A stretch of 64,000 nucleotides of DNA, taken from assembly GCA_951406725.2 (NCBI GenBank), contig OX597822.1, positions 31,558,001 through 31,622,000 on the forward strand, written 5' to 3'. The notes beneath the pieces were generated by a model that saw nothing but the letters and a program-made list of their open reading frames with translations, was not told where the DNA came from and searched no databases. Every line of letters begins with the position of its first letter. Position 1 is the stretch's first letter. This DNA comes from Octopus vulgaris (taxonomy: Eukaryota). Positions 40,176 through 53,596 of this stretch are shown here, in pieces. Both the position numbers and the translations under genes were made by a program.

Positions 40176-40464
40176 TGATCTTAAACATACAACTGTGTAA
40201 ACACATTCTACAAAATTGTTTAAAGATTAAATCAGGACTTTGAAAGATAAAACGATAATAATGCATGCATATTCTTTCTAAGATATTTAGGTAAGCTTGC
40301 ATTTCTTTTATTAAAATTCAGTGAATATAAGTCTTAAATATTTGCTTCATAAAAACGTTCGTTTCAAATAAAGCAATTTTGACAATAATATTTCATATGC
40401 AATATCACTTTTATTCATAACCATAAAAAGAAGAAGAAACGAATAATAATGACAATAATAATAA

Positions 40465-41085
40465 TCTCTTCTACCCTAGGCATAAGGCTCGAACTTTTGG
40501 GGAGGGTGAAAGGCGGAATTTGAATTCAGAAGGTAACAACGAACGAAATACCTATTTCTTTACTACACACAAGGGGCTAAACATAGAGGGGACAAACAAG
40601 GACGGTCAAACAGATTAAGTCGATTATATGGACTCAGTACGTAACTAGTACTTATTTAATCGATCCCGAAAGGATGGAAGGCAAAGTGGACCTCGGTGAA
40701 ATTTGAACTCAGAACATAGCTGCAGACAAGGGGCTAAACACAGAGGGGACAAACAAAGACAGACAAACGGATCAAGTCAATTATATCTACTCCAGTGCGT
40801 AACTGTTACTTATTTAATCGACCCCGAAAGGATCAAAGGCAAAGTCGACCACGGCGTAATTTGAACTCAGAACGTAACGGCAGGCGAAATACGTATTTCT
40901 TACTGCCCACAAGGGGCTAAAGACAGAGGGGACAAACAAAGACAGACAAACAGAACAAGTCGATTATATCGACCCCAATGCGTAACTGTTACTTATTTAA
41001 TCGACCCCGAAAGGATGAAATCGACCCTGGCGGAATTTGAATTCAGAAGGTAACGACGGGCGAAATACCACCAAGAGTTTCGTCC
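40465..41085 (-). mobile_element. Multimeric SINE family B (three internal modules plus ends)
   Basis: caaggggctaaa..agaggggacaaacaa occurs three times; aatttgaa(c/t)tcagaa occurs four times. Confidence 0.9.
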
Positions 41086-41871
41086 ATATATATATATATA
41101 TACATATCCTTAAATATGTGAAATTATCCATTATATAATGGTCATATTCACCTTTTCACTGAATTTGATAAAAATGGTTTCAAATAAAATGCGTAAATTT
41201 GCTTCGGATTTTCACAAAAATTATCTTCTGGATATCAGTAGAATATTACTAATAAAGCATATAAATTCATTCAAATCATTCTTGATATTAATGTATTCTC
41301 GATAATAGAATATGCGTGATGGTGGAATATTCTTTTGAGTATTAACTATCCATAAGCGGATAGCACGTTTCAAGACTGAGTGGACGTGACTTTGCTGAGA
41401 CAGAATCCAAGCTGACAAGATAAAACAGGTAAATATTAAGTAATTCCAAATCAGGAAAGTAAACTGCTTCATCTTCGTTAGAGTATGTATGGTTAGGGCA
41501 TTTTATTGTCAAACTGCATAAACATTACTTACGATAATCTATGGTGCAATGTCATAGGAATGTTACACCACACGAGACCTGCAGACATATAGCAGTTGGT
41601 GAAGAAGATACTGTATAAAATTTAAGAAAAGAAAGCATTAGAAAGGAATATTATAGAAGTATCCGGTTAATTCTTGAAACGGATCTAACGGCGAAAAATA
41701 ACGTGATATACATCATCGATTTAGGTGTTCTGCCATAAGCCACTGTAAATTGAACGAACTACTAATACCGGATGTGAAAAAAGCAGAAAATAATCAGTGT
41801 ATTTAGAATGCATCTGCACAAACTATCTATCTATCTATCTACCTATCTATCCTCCTGTCTGTTTATCAGTT

Positions 41872-41963
<92 letters not shown>

Positions 41964-42043
41964 ATTTATACCACAAATACAAATCTGTAATGGTTTTTAT
42001 ACCGTTAGACAACTATTAGAACATATTCACCATAAGACTAAAT

Positions 42044-42577
42044 CTGGCATGGGGAAACACTCACCCGTGGGCGAATTACTCCCGTGAGCCCATTCCTTTG
42101 GCCAACAGGCTGATATACTCATATGTAAAATATAGTAAATTCTTCAAACATAAAATTTATAAAGTATTCGTATGCTTATTTGCGACGTATGTCACGTTTC
42201 CACTACGACGTAAAATGGTCAGAATCGAACAGAAATCGTTAGATAATTGCCATTTGAATGGAAATTTTGTTTTCCCTATGAAGTATATATTACTAGGTTT
42301 TACCACCCCATTGAGACCCAACTACACTCTAGCTGAAAAATATAGAATACCTCAAAAGTAATATAAACCTCCTAAGTTCAGTGGTGGTGTTAATGAAGAT
42401 GTTACGCGTTAATCTAATGTGTTAAACTTAGTTTTATTAATGAATATCGAATTAAACATATATATATATATATATATACAAAATTTACAGATATAAGAGT
42501 TAGAACTTGTGATCTGCACGCCGACCTTTTTCTTAGGATATTTTTGCCCACCGCACTAAAAAGTTTTCCCACCTCTG
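42044..42577. mobile_element. Degenerate hAT-like MITE
   Basis: Termini ctggcatggggaaac and (reverse complement) cagaggtgggaaaac; 8-bp flanks gactaaat/gtctaaaa (6/8 identical). Confidence 0.5.
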
Positions 42578-42599
42578 GTCTAAAATATATTAAGTACAA

Positions 42600-43257
42600 A
42601 ATCATTAAAAAATCGTTGATGTAGCTTCGAGACATGAACAAAACAATACAATTCAGAGCACTCTTCAATGAAGCCAACATATAGAAAGCAGAGGTTGCAA
42701 TAACAGATAAACCATGACGAAAATGGATAAACAAGCGAACAAATGGAGGAACACCTAATACGCAACCTTAAACAGGGACTCCAGAATACTGTGATAAAAA
42801 TGACGGTAAAACAAAATCTTTTATATGCAAAACGCTGAATGAAGTGGAATATGGCAAAAAGCTCAACGAAGTTGACATATAAGTAGAAACTCACCAACGT
42901 GGAATCCCAAGCTTTATTGAGAAGCTTGGGGTTCCTAGATGAGAGTGAAGGGCTCTTATTTACGGCGCAGAAACAAAGTTTCCCCATTGGAAACCAAGAA
43001 AGGCATATAATGAAGCAGGATGCACTTCGCAACCGTAGAATTTGTGGAGACGGAAAAGGAAGAATAAAACATATTAACCATATTGTATGTGGCTAACCAG
43101 TATTAACCAAGGATGAATACATCTACATCACAGATTTGGAACTCACATAAACTGGGAATTGTGTCAGATGTATGAAATAACAACAGAAGAGAAATAGCAG
43201 ACATACACCTTAAAAGGTCTTCGACATGGACGAAACAACCGTACACTGGCATATGCA

Positions 43258-43319
<62 letters not shown>

Positions 43320-43680
43320 ACACACACACACAGAGGCAGGTAAAGACTAATTGACCAGATTTTGTTATCAACGATCACGAGGTACAGGAATTTCCCTTAA
43401 CAAGAATCTCCCACAATTGTAATCTCCCCCGGCTTGCATATCAGTTGCAATAGATGATAACTAAATATACTAAAATAAACACGTGGAATTTGAGATATAG
43501 ACCAACTGTGGGACCGGGAAAGAAAAACAATGCTTATAATGAAATGTGATTTGGGAATAATCAGAAAAACTGCAGACAAAATACGCAAAACAAAAACACA
43601 GAATTTAGAAATAACATAGAGAAAATAGCATTGCTACATGCCACTCACACATTATTAAATCGCATTCAATATTATTAAAA
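42600..43680 (+). mobile_element. R4/Dong-type RLE non-LTR retrotransposon, 3' fragment (decayed)
   Basis: ESEGLLFTAQKQSFP, RICGDGK..I.HI.HIVCG (CCHC knuckle relic), (R)PDFVIND (RLE motif); (AAT)n tract downstream. Confidence 0.8.
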
Positions 43681-43855
43681 AACAACAACTCTTGTTGTGA
43701 GTAGGGATGGTCATTATGCCAATAAAAACGAAAAATCTTGCAAACCAAATATAAAAAATAAATTTAAGAAAAAAAAACAACAAAATAAACAGTGCATATA
43801 GCCAAGGAATGCAAATTTGCTCTCGGGATTGTAAAGAAAACCAATGAGGCAGCTA

Positions 43856-43890
<35 letters not shown>

Positions 43891-43892
43891 TG

Positions 43893-43959
<67 letters not shown>

Positions 43960-43995
43960 CAACAGTAAAAATAACAGTAACAACATAACGATAAT
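43856..43995. repeat. (AAT)n microsatellite
   Basis: Visible directly. Confidence 0.95.
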
Positions 43996-44774
43996 GCAAT
44001 ACATGAGTAGATCTCTTAATGCTAGATATTGAAACATGCACATGCTTGCAACTTCAGAAAGTCCATATTAAGTTTTAATGGTACTTGTCACATTTTCACA
44101 TTTCTGGAAGCCTGTATTACTGTAGCCAGTAATACACAAAGATAAGAATGTTCAACTGGATTTTTCTCTCTTCATTTTCAGTCTTTCAAGATATTTTTGT
44201 TTCCTCTTTCGATGAAACTTCGATGGATTATTGTAAATGTATGCCTGAAGATCATGAGACAGCTAATCACATTATGAAAGACAAACTGACCTCATCACCA
44301 TCAGACACACCCACGTGTTTTCCATATATGCTGTCCAGTAAATGGAATGAAAGTAAATGTCCAAGGATTTTATTTTCAAACAAGGAACTTTACATAGCGC
44401 TGCGCGATTTCAATGTTTTCAATGCGTCTGGGTCATAAGCTTAAACGCAAAACAGCCGTATATGGAAAAGGCGAAATGCAAACGACTTAGAACAAGAATA
44501 CCGACGACACCAAAGGCCAAAGAAACAGAACGACCAACATTCAATAATGTTCGGTTAAGTTGTGAAAATTGTCCTTAGAGAACTTTTCTTTTCAACTTTA
44601 AAATGAAACTATTTGAAAAATATATTGTAACAAATTTGTTTTTATTTTTAATTATACTACATCAGGATAATTACTTTAGAAGAAAAGGGATCTAAAGCCC
44701 ATTTACAATCGTAATATTTGGGAAAGAGAAAATATTACATTCTTATTGCTATGCAATATTAAAATAATACACAA

Positions 44775-44968
44775 GGTCACACATTTAGTGGGTGGGGGCC
44801 AGTGGATGGCATTAAACCCAGTGTTTCACTGATATTTAATTAATCAACCTCGTAAGGATGAAAGGCAAAGTCGACCTTGGCAGAATTTGAACTCAGAGCC
44901 TGAAGACAGACGAAATACCGCTAAGTCTTTTGACCAGCCTTCTAACGATTCTGCCAGCTCGCCGCCTT
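44775..44968 (-). mobile_element. SINE family B
   Basis: aaggatgaaaggcaaagtcgaccttggcagaatttgaactcagag...ctgccagctcgccgcctt. Confidence 0.85.
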
Positions 44969-45399
44969 ATGCTAAAGAAAAATATTAAAATGTCAAACGA
45001 AGGGAATATATTTGCTGCATAAAAGAAAAAAAGCAGCGGCAACAACAAAAGTGGAAAGTAGAAATCCTCCACTGGCAAACATTGCATTTTATCGGACGCT
45101 CTAACGATTTTGTTAGCTTACAAATAACAACAATAAATCTCGTCAAATGGGGTGGGGGAGATATGAGAGTCAACATCGTTCAATTGTGTATATATGAGGA
45201 TTGCTGTGGTTTCTCCGAACCTTGGTTAGCAATCAATCTAGTGATAATGTTGTGATAAAAATATTGGTCATTATACAGTCTAATGAATCTTACCACAAAA
45301 TGAAGAAAAATTTCAAATTCAAATAGTTATAATAAATTCGTTAACGGGGCTGCAACAATCAATGATTCGGGCATGACAAGCATAGACTGACTGAGCAAG

Positions 45400-47930
45400 C
45401 TTCAGCAGGGTATTAACAAGTCATGGATAAGATCAGGATCGAAGTCAAAGGTGGAGTACGAGAAAACGTTGATAGGGGGAAAGAGGTAAACAAACTAATG
45501 ACTGAATGCTGGCTGAGAATTGGACTCAAGAAAACAAGTCTCTTAAAAAGGATGAAGAGGATGTGTGATGAAAAGGAATCTTTGAAACTTCCACTCAACG
45601 ACTGATAAACCAAGGGAGGGCAAATCATAAAATTTATTGGATTACACAATTAAAATTTGAGGAAATTCAGAGAAGAATGGAAAATGAACAGGTTGTGTGT
45701 GAAATAACAGTAGCAGAAAGTGGTAATGAACGCGTGGAAAATGAAGGAAATTAGTACGTGTCTGAGGGTGCAGATGAACTACACAGTGAAAAAGATGAAC
45801 TTGGACGAAAAACAATAAATGTTGAACAAACTTGAACGATGAAGGGAACAGCAAACTGTACAAACAGAAAAGATACAATACTAGACTTATGCAAAAGTGT
45901 TGAGCAGAATAGCTAGTTTCAATGGAATAGAAGACGACAATTTGAGGAAACAGAGGTAAAGCACGATCCCTGATAAAGAAGGAAGTAAAGGGGGACATAA
46001 ATGAAATGCAGAATGACTAACACGAGTTGAGATGCAACTTGCATCAAACAAAAAGACTTTAGAATTGATCTGTACTCAGTAAGACTGAAGTTTCTCAAAG
46101 TATACTGATGAGTGGAAGCTTATGGTTTAAAGGATATATTTTACACAGTTGAATGAAAGGATCACATTAAAACTTGATTAATTCCTGCAGCAAGGGCACA
46201 TTCCTACATGTATGACAACTGGACGAACCTCGGCGTCGAAGGATACTATGAAATTTTCCACTTATAACCATTAACCACTGCTGTAGAAGCTTATGACTAG
46301 TGTACGCAGATTGACAGGAATAAATTCAGTATCGTTGGAGTATCAAAAAAAAGCATATGACCTGATGTTGCACCGTTGGCTAACTAAAACAATGAGCCTG
46401 CTTGGAATGGCAGAAAATATGGAAACACCGGTCAATGAAAGTATGGGACTTGGAAGCACGGACATAAATGGGGAAACGCTTGAGAATCTGTATATTACAC
46501 ATGTTATATGTCATGGTGATCGATTGTATCCATTACTATTCGTGTTGACCACGAATAGTACAAAGTTTAGACTGATATTACGTAATGTCAAAATAGCAGA
46601 TGGTTTGAAGAAAGGATAAGGTCAAACATAAAGGTCAGACCTATAATCTCCTATTCATGGGTGATTTAAAGCTTTATGCAAAAATTAGAATAAGCTGGAA
46701 TATCATTCAGATATTGTTCGGATTTTTAAACATGATGTTGGAATGAAATTCTCGCTTGGATTGTATGCTACTTTGTTAATGAAACGGGAAAGGTAAGCCA
46801 TGGAACTGAAACTGAAAGTGAAATCAGTTGAGAAACGACAGTGATATACGAATTTTGGGATTGCTTGAGGCAGAAGAAATAAAACATGAAGAGATGAAGC
46901 AAATTGCATGTGGGAAATATACAACGAGACTGCTGGAAATATTACCGTTTATGTTGATTTTCCGAATCGTTATTGAAGCAGATGCATCAACAATAATTCC
47001 AGTTAACAGGTATGAAGTGAGAATTGTGAAATGGACAAAAGGCGAAATGCAGAAAGTTGACAGAAAGAAAATAAACAACTCTTCACTATGTATGAAGCCG
47101 AACATTCTGCAGCTGATATCAATCGGTTTTACTTGAAGAGAGACCACGGTGAAAGAGGTATAATTGAGGAATGTGTTACTTAAGTTACTTAAGGAAGTGA
47201 ATGAAGAACGGGTGGTCAAGTGAGGGAAAGTGAAAAACACAAAACTGAAATTCAGAGAGAACATTTTGAATGATAAGTTTTGGGAAAACCATACAAGATG
47301 TATATAGAACAAAATCCTGGATTGGATGAATAAGCAGTAATTGGGAAATGAGAAGAGAATCTTACTATGACTGCTCAAAACGAAGCACCACAAATAAACT
47401 ACTTGTGGGAATGTGTATAGTGTGAATACGTCGGTAAAATGCATAATATCTGGAATGGAGTGAAACAATGACACACATTCATGCAGGAGAATAAAAGAAT
47501 TGGACATATTATCAAATTGTGAAAACTGAAGCTTTGTTCAAGATAGAGGTTTAAAGCAAGAGGTACATGGTTAATCATCGTGTAGAAAGCATACTTGAGT
47601 CGAAACTAAACAAAACTTTGTGTGTTGTCCCCATTTAAACAGACAAGAAGATAGAATATATCAAAGCAGACATTACAGCAGCACAAGGAAGAGAGAATTT
47701 TAATATTGATTCATCTATTGTGTCCATTTGTAATGAGGATTCAGAAGAAAGTAGACGGAAATCTGAAAAGCTACAAACTCTCAATGTCTGAGAGCGCGAG
47801 GATTAGGAAAATGGGATCTGTAAAGATCGTACTTCTGATGGTTGGTGCATTAGGGATTGTCAGTGAAAAAATAGGCAAACGGATAAATGAGTTGGAACAG
47901 AATGGCAATCAGAAATAATAGAGGCACTTG
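45400..47930 (+). mobile_element. R4/Dong-type LINE, heavily decayed
   Basis: YQKKAYDLMLHRWL, VICHGDRLYPLLFVL (GIFQGDSLSPLLF relic), LFMGDLKLYAK, VGMKFSL, LTAQNEA, VKIVLLMVGALGIV. Confidence 0.8.
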
Positions 47931-48439
47931 ATGACATACTGAAATCATGTGAATATCTAACGTTACAGGGAGTACACCACAACCAACATAAACTCTACCA
48001 ATACATAAAATAAAATATTAACAATAATAAAAACGTATTTTGGGGATTCAATATCGAAGACATAACTGAAATCTTATTCAATATACATATTGAATAACTT
48101 CTATTTAAATTCTCTCAGTACTGGGTATATCATTTGCTTCACTCGAACGTAGACATAGCAATCTTTAAAATCGATTAAAGGGCGAAACGAACATAAAATG
48201 CACTTATATATCTCCATTTATTTTCAACCTTTCGCTTCATTATGCCAATATATAACATACATCATGTCAATATATAACATTCATTCAGCAGTTTTATCGT
48301 TTGAGTTATTTGCGTTTCTACTATATGAAAAAAACAAAAATATTCAATAAAGAAAGAAGTTAAACAACGGAAATATTCAATGAATAAACTATTTTAGTTT
48401 CCGCTCATAACTTAGATATCATACCCCGACAGTATGCTA

Positions 48440-48441
48440 TA

Positions 48442-48490
<49 letters not shown>

Positions 48491-48690
48491 CATCATCATT
48501 ATTATTATTATTACTATTATTATCATTACTATTATTATTATTGTTATCATTACTATTATTATTATTATCATTACTATTATTATTATTATTATCATCATTA
48601 TTATTATCATTACTATTATTATTATCATTACTATTAATATTATTATTATTATTATTAATATTTATTATTATCGTAATAATATTATGATTA

Positions 48691-48736
<46 letters not shown>

Positions 48737-48902
48737 CGTAGTAGTAGTAGTGCTCTCTTTGAGTCACAGGAGAAGGCATTACTTGAAACCTTTAGTGGTT
48801 ATTATTGCATGCTTTCAAGTAAAGAATAACCGGTAATTAAGAACTACCCGAGTCTTTCAGAATAACAATGATAATAATAATAATATTATCTATTATTATT
48901 AC

Positions 48903-48954
<52 letters not shown>

Positions 48955-48978
48955 GTTATTATTATTATTATTATTGTT
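48440..48978. repeat. (TTA)n/(TCA)n/(TAG)n compound array
   Basis: Visible directly, with a short unique spacer at about 48752-48860. Confidence 0.95.
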
Positions 48979-48984
48979 GCACTC

Positions 48985-51900
48985 TTGTGTTCATACCATT
49001 GTTAGGATCGCTCGAGGTTTGCTTTACCGCACAGCAGCCAATGAACATATCTGGCCACATTGTATTCCCGTTGTGCGAGCTTCCATCATTCACTAACAAT
49101 ATGGCTTATACTCTCTCCTTTCTCAGAGCACATCTTACGCTGTGGTATATCAGTGCTTTAATCAATGTCATATTTGCAGTAGTTTGTTCCGAGAGCTTGT
49201 TCTGAGCGATGCATACTAATGCCTCAGTGGGCCCTTTTAGGTCTCCTTTCTGCAGCCATTACCAGGTTCAATTCCAATCAATCTCATCTTTATTCCTCAA
49301 GAACTGACTGTGCATTTTCTTGTCCTGCCAAATGTTCTTCATCTGCTCTCACTAGTCTTACTGAAATTGTATTGGATTTACGGTTTCATTCACTGCTAAC
49401 GTTCCCTGCATTTTCACTGCGTCAGTCATTTCTTCTTTACTCCCCTTGACACACCAAGCCAGGATATTCTCCTCTTCCCTTGCACAACCTTCACAACATA
49501 CTAATCCCCGTTCTCCTTCTTTCCTCTTTACATACAATCTTGACACATCACTCTTGGACTGTAGTTTCTTGTCCATTGTCACTAATTTACGTGTTCTCCT
49601 GTTTATCTCTTCTAATTCATGCTTCTTCCAAGATACTATTCCTGCCCCATATCTCATCAAAGCAAGCGCTCACGTGTTAATTGCTGTAAGTTTATAGCGG
49701 CCATTTAGTTTCGATTGCAGAACAAGCCGTGTTCTCCTTAAATACTCTTTTCTGTACATTTCTTTCATTTTGTGTTCATTCACCCTATCTCTTTCAATTG
49801 TACCCAGGTACTTTGATAATTTCTCTCTGATTTCATTTATAGTTTCATCACTTTTCAGCTTGATACCATGGCTTTTACTGATTTTCCTCGTTTTGAGAAT
49901 CATTACACCGCATTTATCGACCCCAAATTTCATGACAATATCTTTGCTAATCAACAGCAGAGTTGGTCAAACTCTCAATTTCTTTCTCAGTCATAGCAAA
50001 TAGCTTTAGGTCATCCATAAGCTACAGGCTGTTTTCTTTCACCCTGCATAGCATGTTCCCCACACCCATCTTTCTTAAAACGCTCGTTAGTGGCAGTATA
50101 CATATAACAACTAGGTGAGGCGACAGACTGTCCCCCTTGAAATATTCCACTTTTGATATTTACCTCTCCCAGCTCATCTCCCCATGCTGTGATTTCAGTC
50201 GCCATGTTGTCATTGAGTTTTGTATTAACTGCAGGATATTGTGGGAGACCTTAAGCAGTTTAAGGCATTCAATAATCCATGAGTGTGGGACCATGCCATA
50301 TGCTTTCCTGTAGTCCACCAATGCCACCGCCAAAATTTTGTGTTTCTTCTTGCAGTCAGCCAGAATGGTCTTACCGATTAATAATTGATCTTGCGTTCCT
50401 CTGCTCTTACATCTACACCCTTTTTGTTCCGCGTAGTAGTAGGTCGCTCTCATCTAGTACATATGCTGTTTGATATGATTCTCGTCATCAGTTTTCACAT
50501 CAGTAGCAAACAAGGTATTGGTGGGAAATTTCCAACCGCATTCCCTTTCCTTGGGCCCTTCTGGCATTGTACCGTGCGTCGTTTTTTTTTAATCCAGGCC
50601 AGTACTTGGAAGTAACTACTCAGTATTTCGTCCATCTGTCTCGCAATTCTCCTATACAGGGCTGCAATTCCATGCAAGTCAGGCGCGTTTAGTTAAGAAT
50701 TTTTCTGCACTGATTTCTAATAATCTCCACGGTTATTCTACAATCGTCCTGCTGATACTCTCCACTCTCCTCTTTGAGTATATTTAACCACTCTACTTCG
50801 GTTTCGTGTTGTTTCTCCTGAGACCATCTGCTTGATCAGAATCTTTTGCTTTCTTCAGCATCCGGCACAGCTTTTTCACCTTTTTCTTTCCAAGTCAGTT
50901 CCTGATAGACTCGCTTCTGATTTTGCTCGAAAAGTCCTTTTAATCTGTACCCCTCAAGACTCCGTTCATACCTCTTTAATTTATGTGCTTTATTTTTCAA
51001 ACTCTGTTTAATTCTTCAATCACGACATTGATGCCCTTACTCTTCCACCTATACTTTTTCTCTAGCTCATCATATTTCTCTCGCTGAACTTCATTTCTGT
51101 TTTCTGCTCCAGAATATTAATATATTTTCTGCTCTCGTTAATCGAGCACCATGGTTCCTTCAGTTTATGTTGACATTTACCTAACCTCCGGGCTATAAAA
51201 AACGAGATTGCATTTATCAGATGGTTGGTGTCTGTGATATTGTCAGTCCTGGTATCACCAGTGATATCATTTATCTTCCAGCTCCAGTCATTGAACTTCT
51301 TTCTGTTTACTATTTTAAACCCTATATGAATGCTCTGCTCACCAGGGCTCAAAATATCAATGAATTTCTTTTCAAATGGGTATTTTTTTCTCAGTTCTCT
51401 CATCGCTCTCCTGATACTCAATATTTTTTCCCTTTAACTCTACTGTCATACTTTCACTATCTGCATTCTCTTCCCCATCCTTCCCTTCACCACCTGTCTT
51501 ACTATACCTAAGCACCCGTCTCTTAATGCTTTCAAGTTCAACTGAGATAACTACTTATTCATTGTGATGTCTCTATCTTGGTCACACAGATTTTGTTCAC
51601 TTAATTCAAATAGGTCTCTGTCGCTCCATGCCTTGTATATTATTTTCCTATATCCTCTAGCGAGTACTTTATTGCCATCTCTCAGTTTACCCAGAAAGTA
51701 GCGCTCTATTACTGCAACATTTATTGTTTTCGTCCACCTTCTTCTAGCAGTTGCTTGATGATGACTGAGCCCACGCTACTCACTTGTGTGACACCCGCCG
51801 GGTGAGAAATCTTCTCAAGGTGTTCCGGCATCATTCACCCCGATCTTGTTTCTATTTTTATTTGAGATTACAGCACATATGATGCGTATTAGTGAATTTT

Positions 51901-52120
51901 AGGCTGCACAACCAGCAGTATTTGCCCACCACCGTGACACCATCACTGTCAGGATCTCCACCCTAGGATATAGGATTCCTGTAATCTTGGTTTAATTTTT
52001 GGAGGTTCTGTCTCCTTGAAAGGGGTGTTCAAGTGTTATGGTTGCTTCTGCCTCTTAGGTATATGATATTTTGGTGGCCGTCACCTCGTGAGAGTTCATT
52101 AGCCTTTAAACAGGTCTTGT
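48985..52120 (-). mobile_element. R4/Dong-type LINE, long decayed copy lacking the RLE end
   Basis: [93 protein letters not shown]; many frameshifts. 5' limit approximate. Confidence 0.88.
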
Positions 52121-52161
52121 TATAATCATCATCATCATCATCAATATTATCAATATTTTTT

Positions 52162-52352
52162 AGGTAGTGAGCTGGCAGAATCATTACCGTGCATTTTTTC
52201 ACGGTTGAAACTAGTGAGTTCAAATTCCACCGAGGTTGAGTTTGCCATTGATCAATTCAAGGTCGATAAATCAATTACCCGTGATATCGATGTAATCGGC
52301 TCGAACCCTCTGCCAAAGTTTTAGGCCCTTTTACCTATAGAAGCAAGGATTA
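52162..52352 (+). mobile_element. Diverged SINE family B
   Basis: gagctggcagaatcatta...gagttcaaattccaccgaggttgagtttgcc...ggtcgataaa. Confidence 0.75.
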
Positions 52353-52660
52353 TTTTGGAAGTAAATATCCTTACTATTACTTACATACCTTTCTTATTTT
52401 GACGAAGCTTAAGAAATATAAATCTTTCCTTCAAACTTTACATGAATGTATTTAAAAAACGTTTTTTACTTATTTTCCTCTGAATTATTTTAAAATTCGT
52501 TATTTTATCATTAATATTTTACAAGCGTTCACCATTCTGACGTACAGTTCATTGGAGTTAGATTTCCTCACGTTTTGCATTATGATAATCATCTGGTATA
52601 CACACACACACACGCACACGCAATCACAAACATTCACACACACACATATCTAATATATGT

Positions 52661-53046
52661 GGAGGCGCAATGGCCCAGTGGTTAGGGCAGCGGACTCGCG
52701 GTCATAGGATCGCGGTTTCGATTCCCAGACCGGGCGTTGTGAGTGTTTATTGAGCGAAAACACCTAAAGCTCCACGATGCTCCGGCAGGGGATGGTGGTG
52801 ATCCCTGCTGTGCTCTTTCACCACAGCTTTCTCTCACTCTTACTTCCTGTTTCTGTTGTACCTGTATTTCAAAGGCCCGGCCTTGTCACTCTCTGTGTCA
52901 CGCTGAGTATCCCCGAGAACTACGTTAAGGGTACACGTGTCTGTGGAGTGCTCAGCCATTTACACATTAATTTCATGAGCAGGCTGTTCCGTTGATTCGG
53001 ATCAAGCGGAACCCTCGCCGTCGTAACCGACGGAGTGCTTCCATCC
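52661..53046 (+). mobile_element. SINE family C (tail type 3)
   Basis: Well-preserved head ggaggcgcaatggcccagtggttagggcagcggactcgcggtc...ggtttcgattccc with a distinct ~190-bp 3' part. Confidence 0.9.
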
Positions 53047-53471
53047 ATATAATATATATAAATGAAGAGAAACCACGACGAACAGGTGTCATTCAAGGCG
53101 ACGACTTTAAACTAACGGAGACAACACTCATATATTATCTGAGGAAACACGACTAGATCTCATAATACAAACAAACAGTTGCGAGTTCAAATACCTGTGT
53201 TCTTGGAGAGCGACGTTGCGTCGAAACAATTGTAACGAATAATAAGTAACTGTCGAAAAGCGTTCCTTCTTCTTGACTCTAATTTCTTCTGTCTTATGTT
53301 CACACACGACGAATGCCCAAGTTTAAACTTAAAACTATATAATAATACTACAAATAATATTGATCAATTCTGAAAGTAGACGAGCTTTATACTGTACTCT
53401 ACCACATCAATAACAGAATATAGCATAACTACATATATGTGTTTGAACGAGTGTGTGTTTGTGTACACACT

Positions 53472-53596
53472 CACACACACACATACATACATACATACAT
53501 ACATACATACATACATACATACATACATACATACATACATACATACATACATACATACATACATACATACATACATACATACATACATACATACAT
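53472..53596. repeat. (CATA)n microsatellite
   Basis: About 28 perfect units after a short (CA)n. Confidence 0.97.

Noticed and set aside
44148-44578. Two overlapping non-repetitive ORFs (96 and 73 aa)
   Set aside because: No recognisable domain and lengths compatible with chance; kept only as a weak exon candidate.
46824-47507. Longest ORF (227 aa, minus strand)
   Set aside because: Antisense shadow of the A-rich decayed LINE on the plus strand; no recognisable domain.
52040-52110. Possible HDV-like ribozyme at the 5' end of the R4/Dong copy
   Set aside because: Could not build P1/P2/P3 pairings by eye.
52661-52735. tRNA-like sequences at SINE heads
   Set aside because: No complete cloverleaf or acceptor stem; they continue into SINE bodies and are multi-copy.
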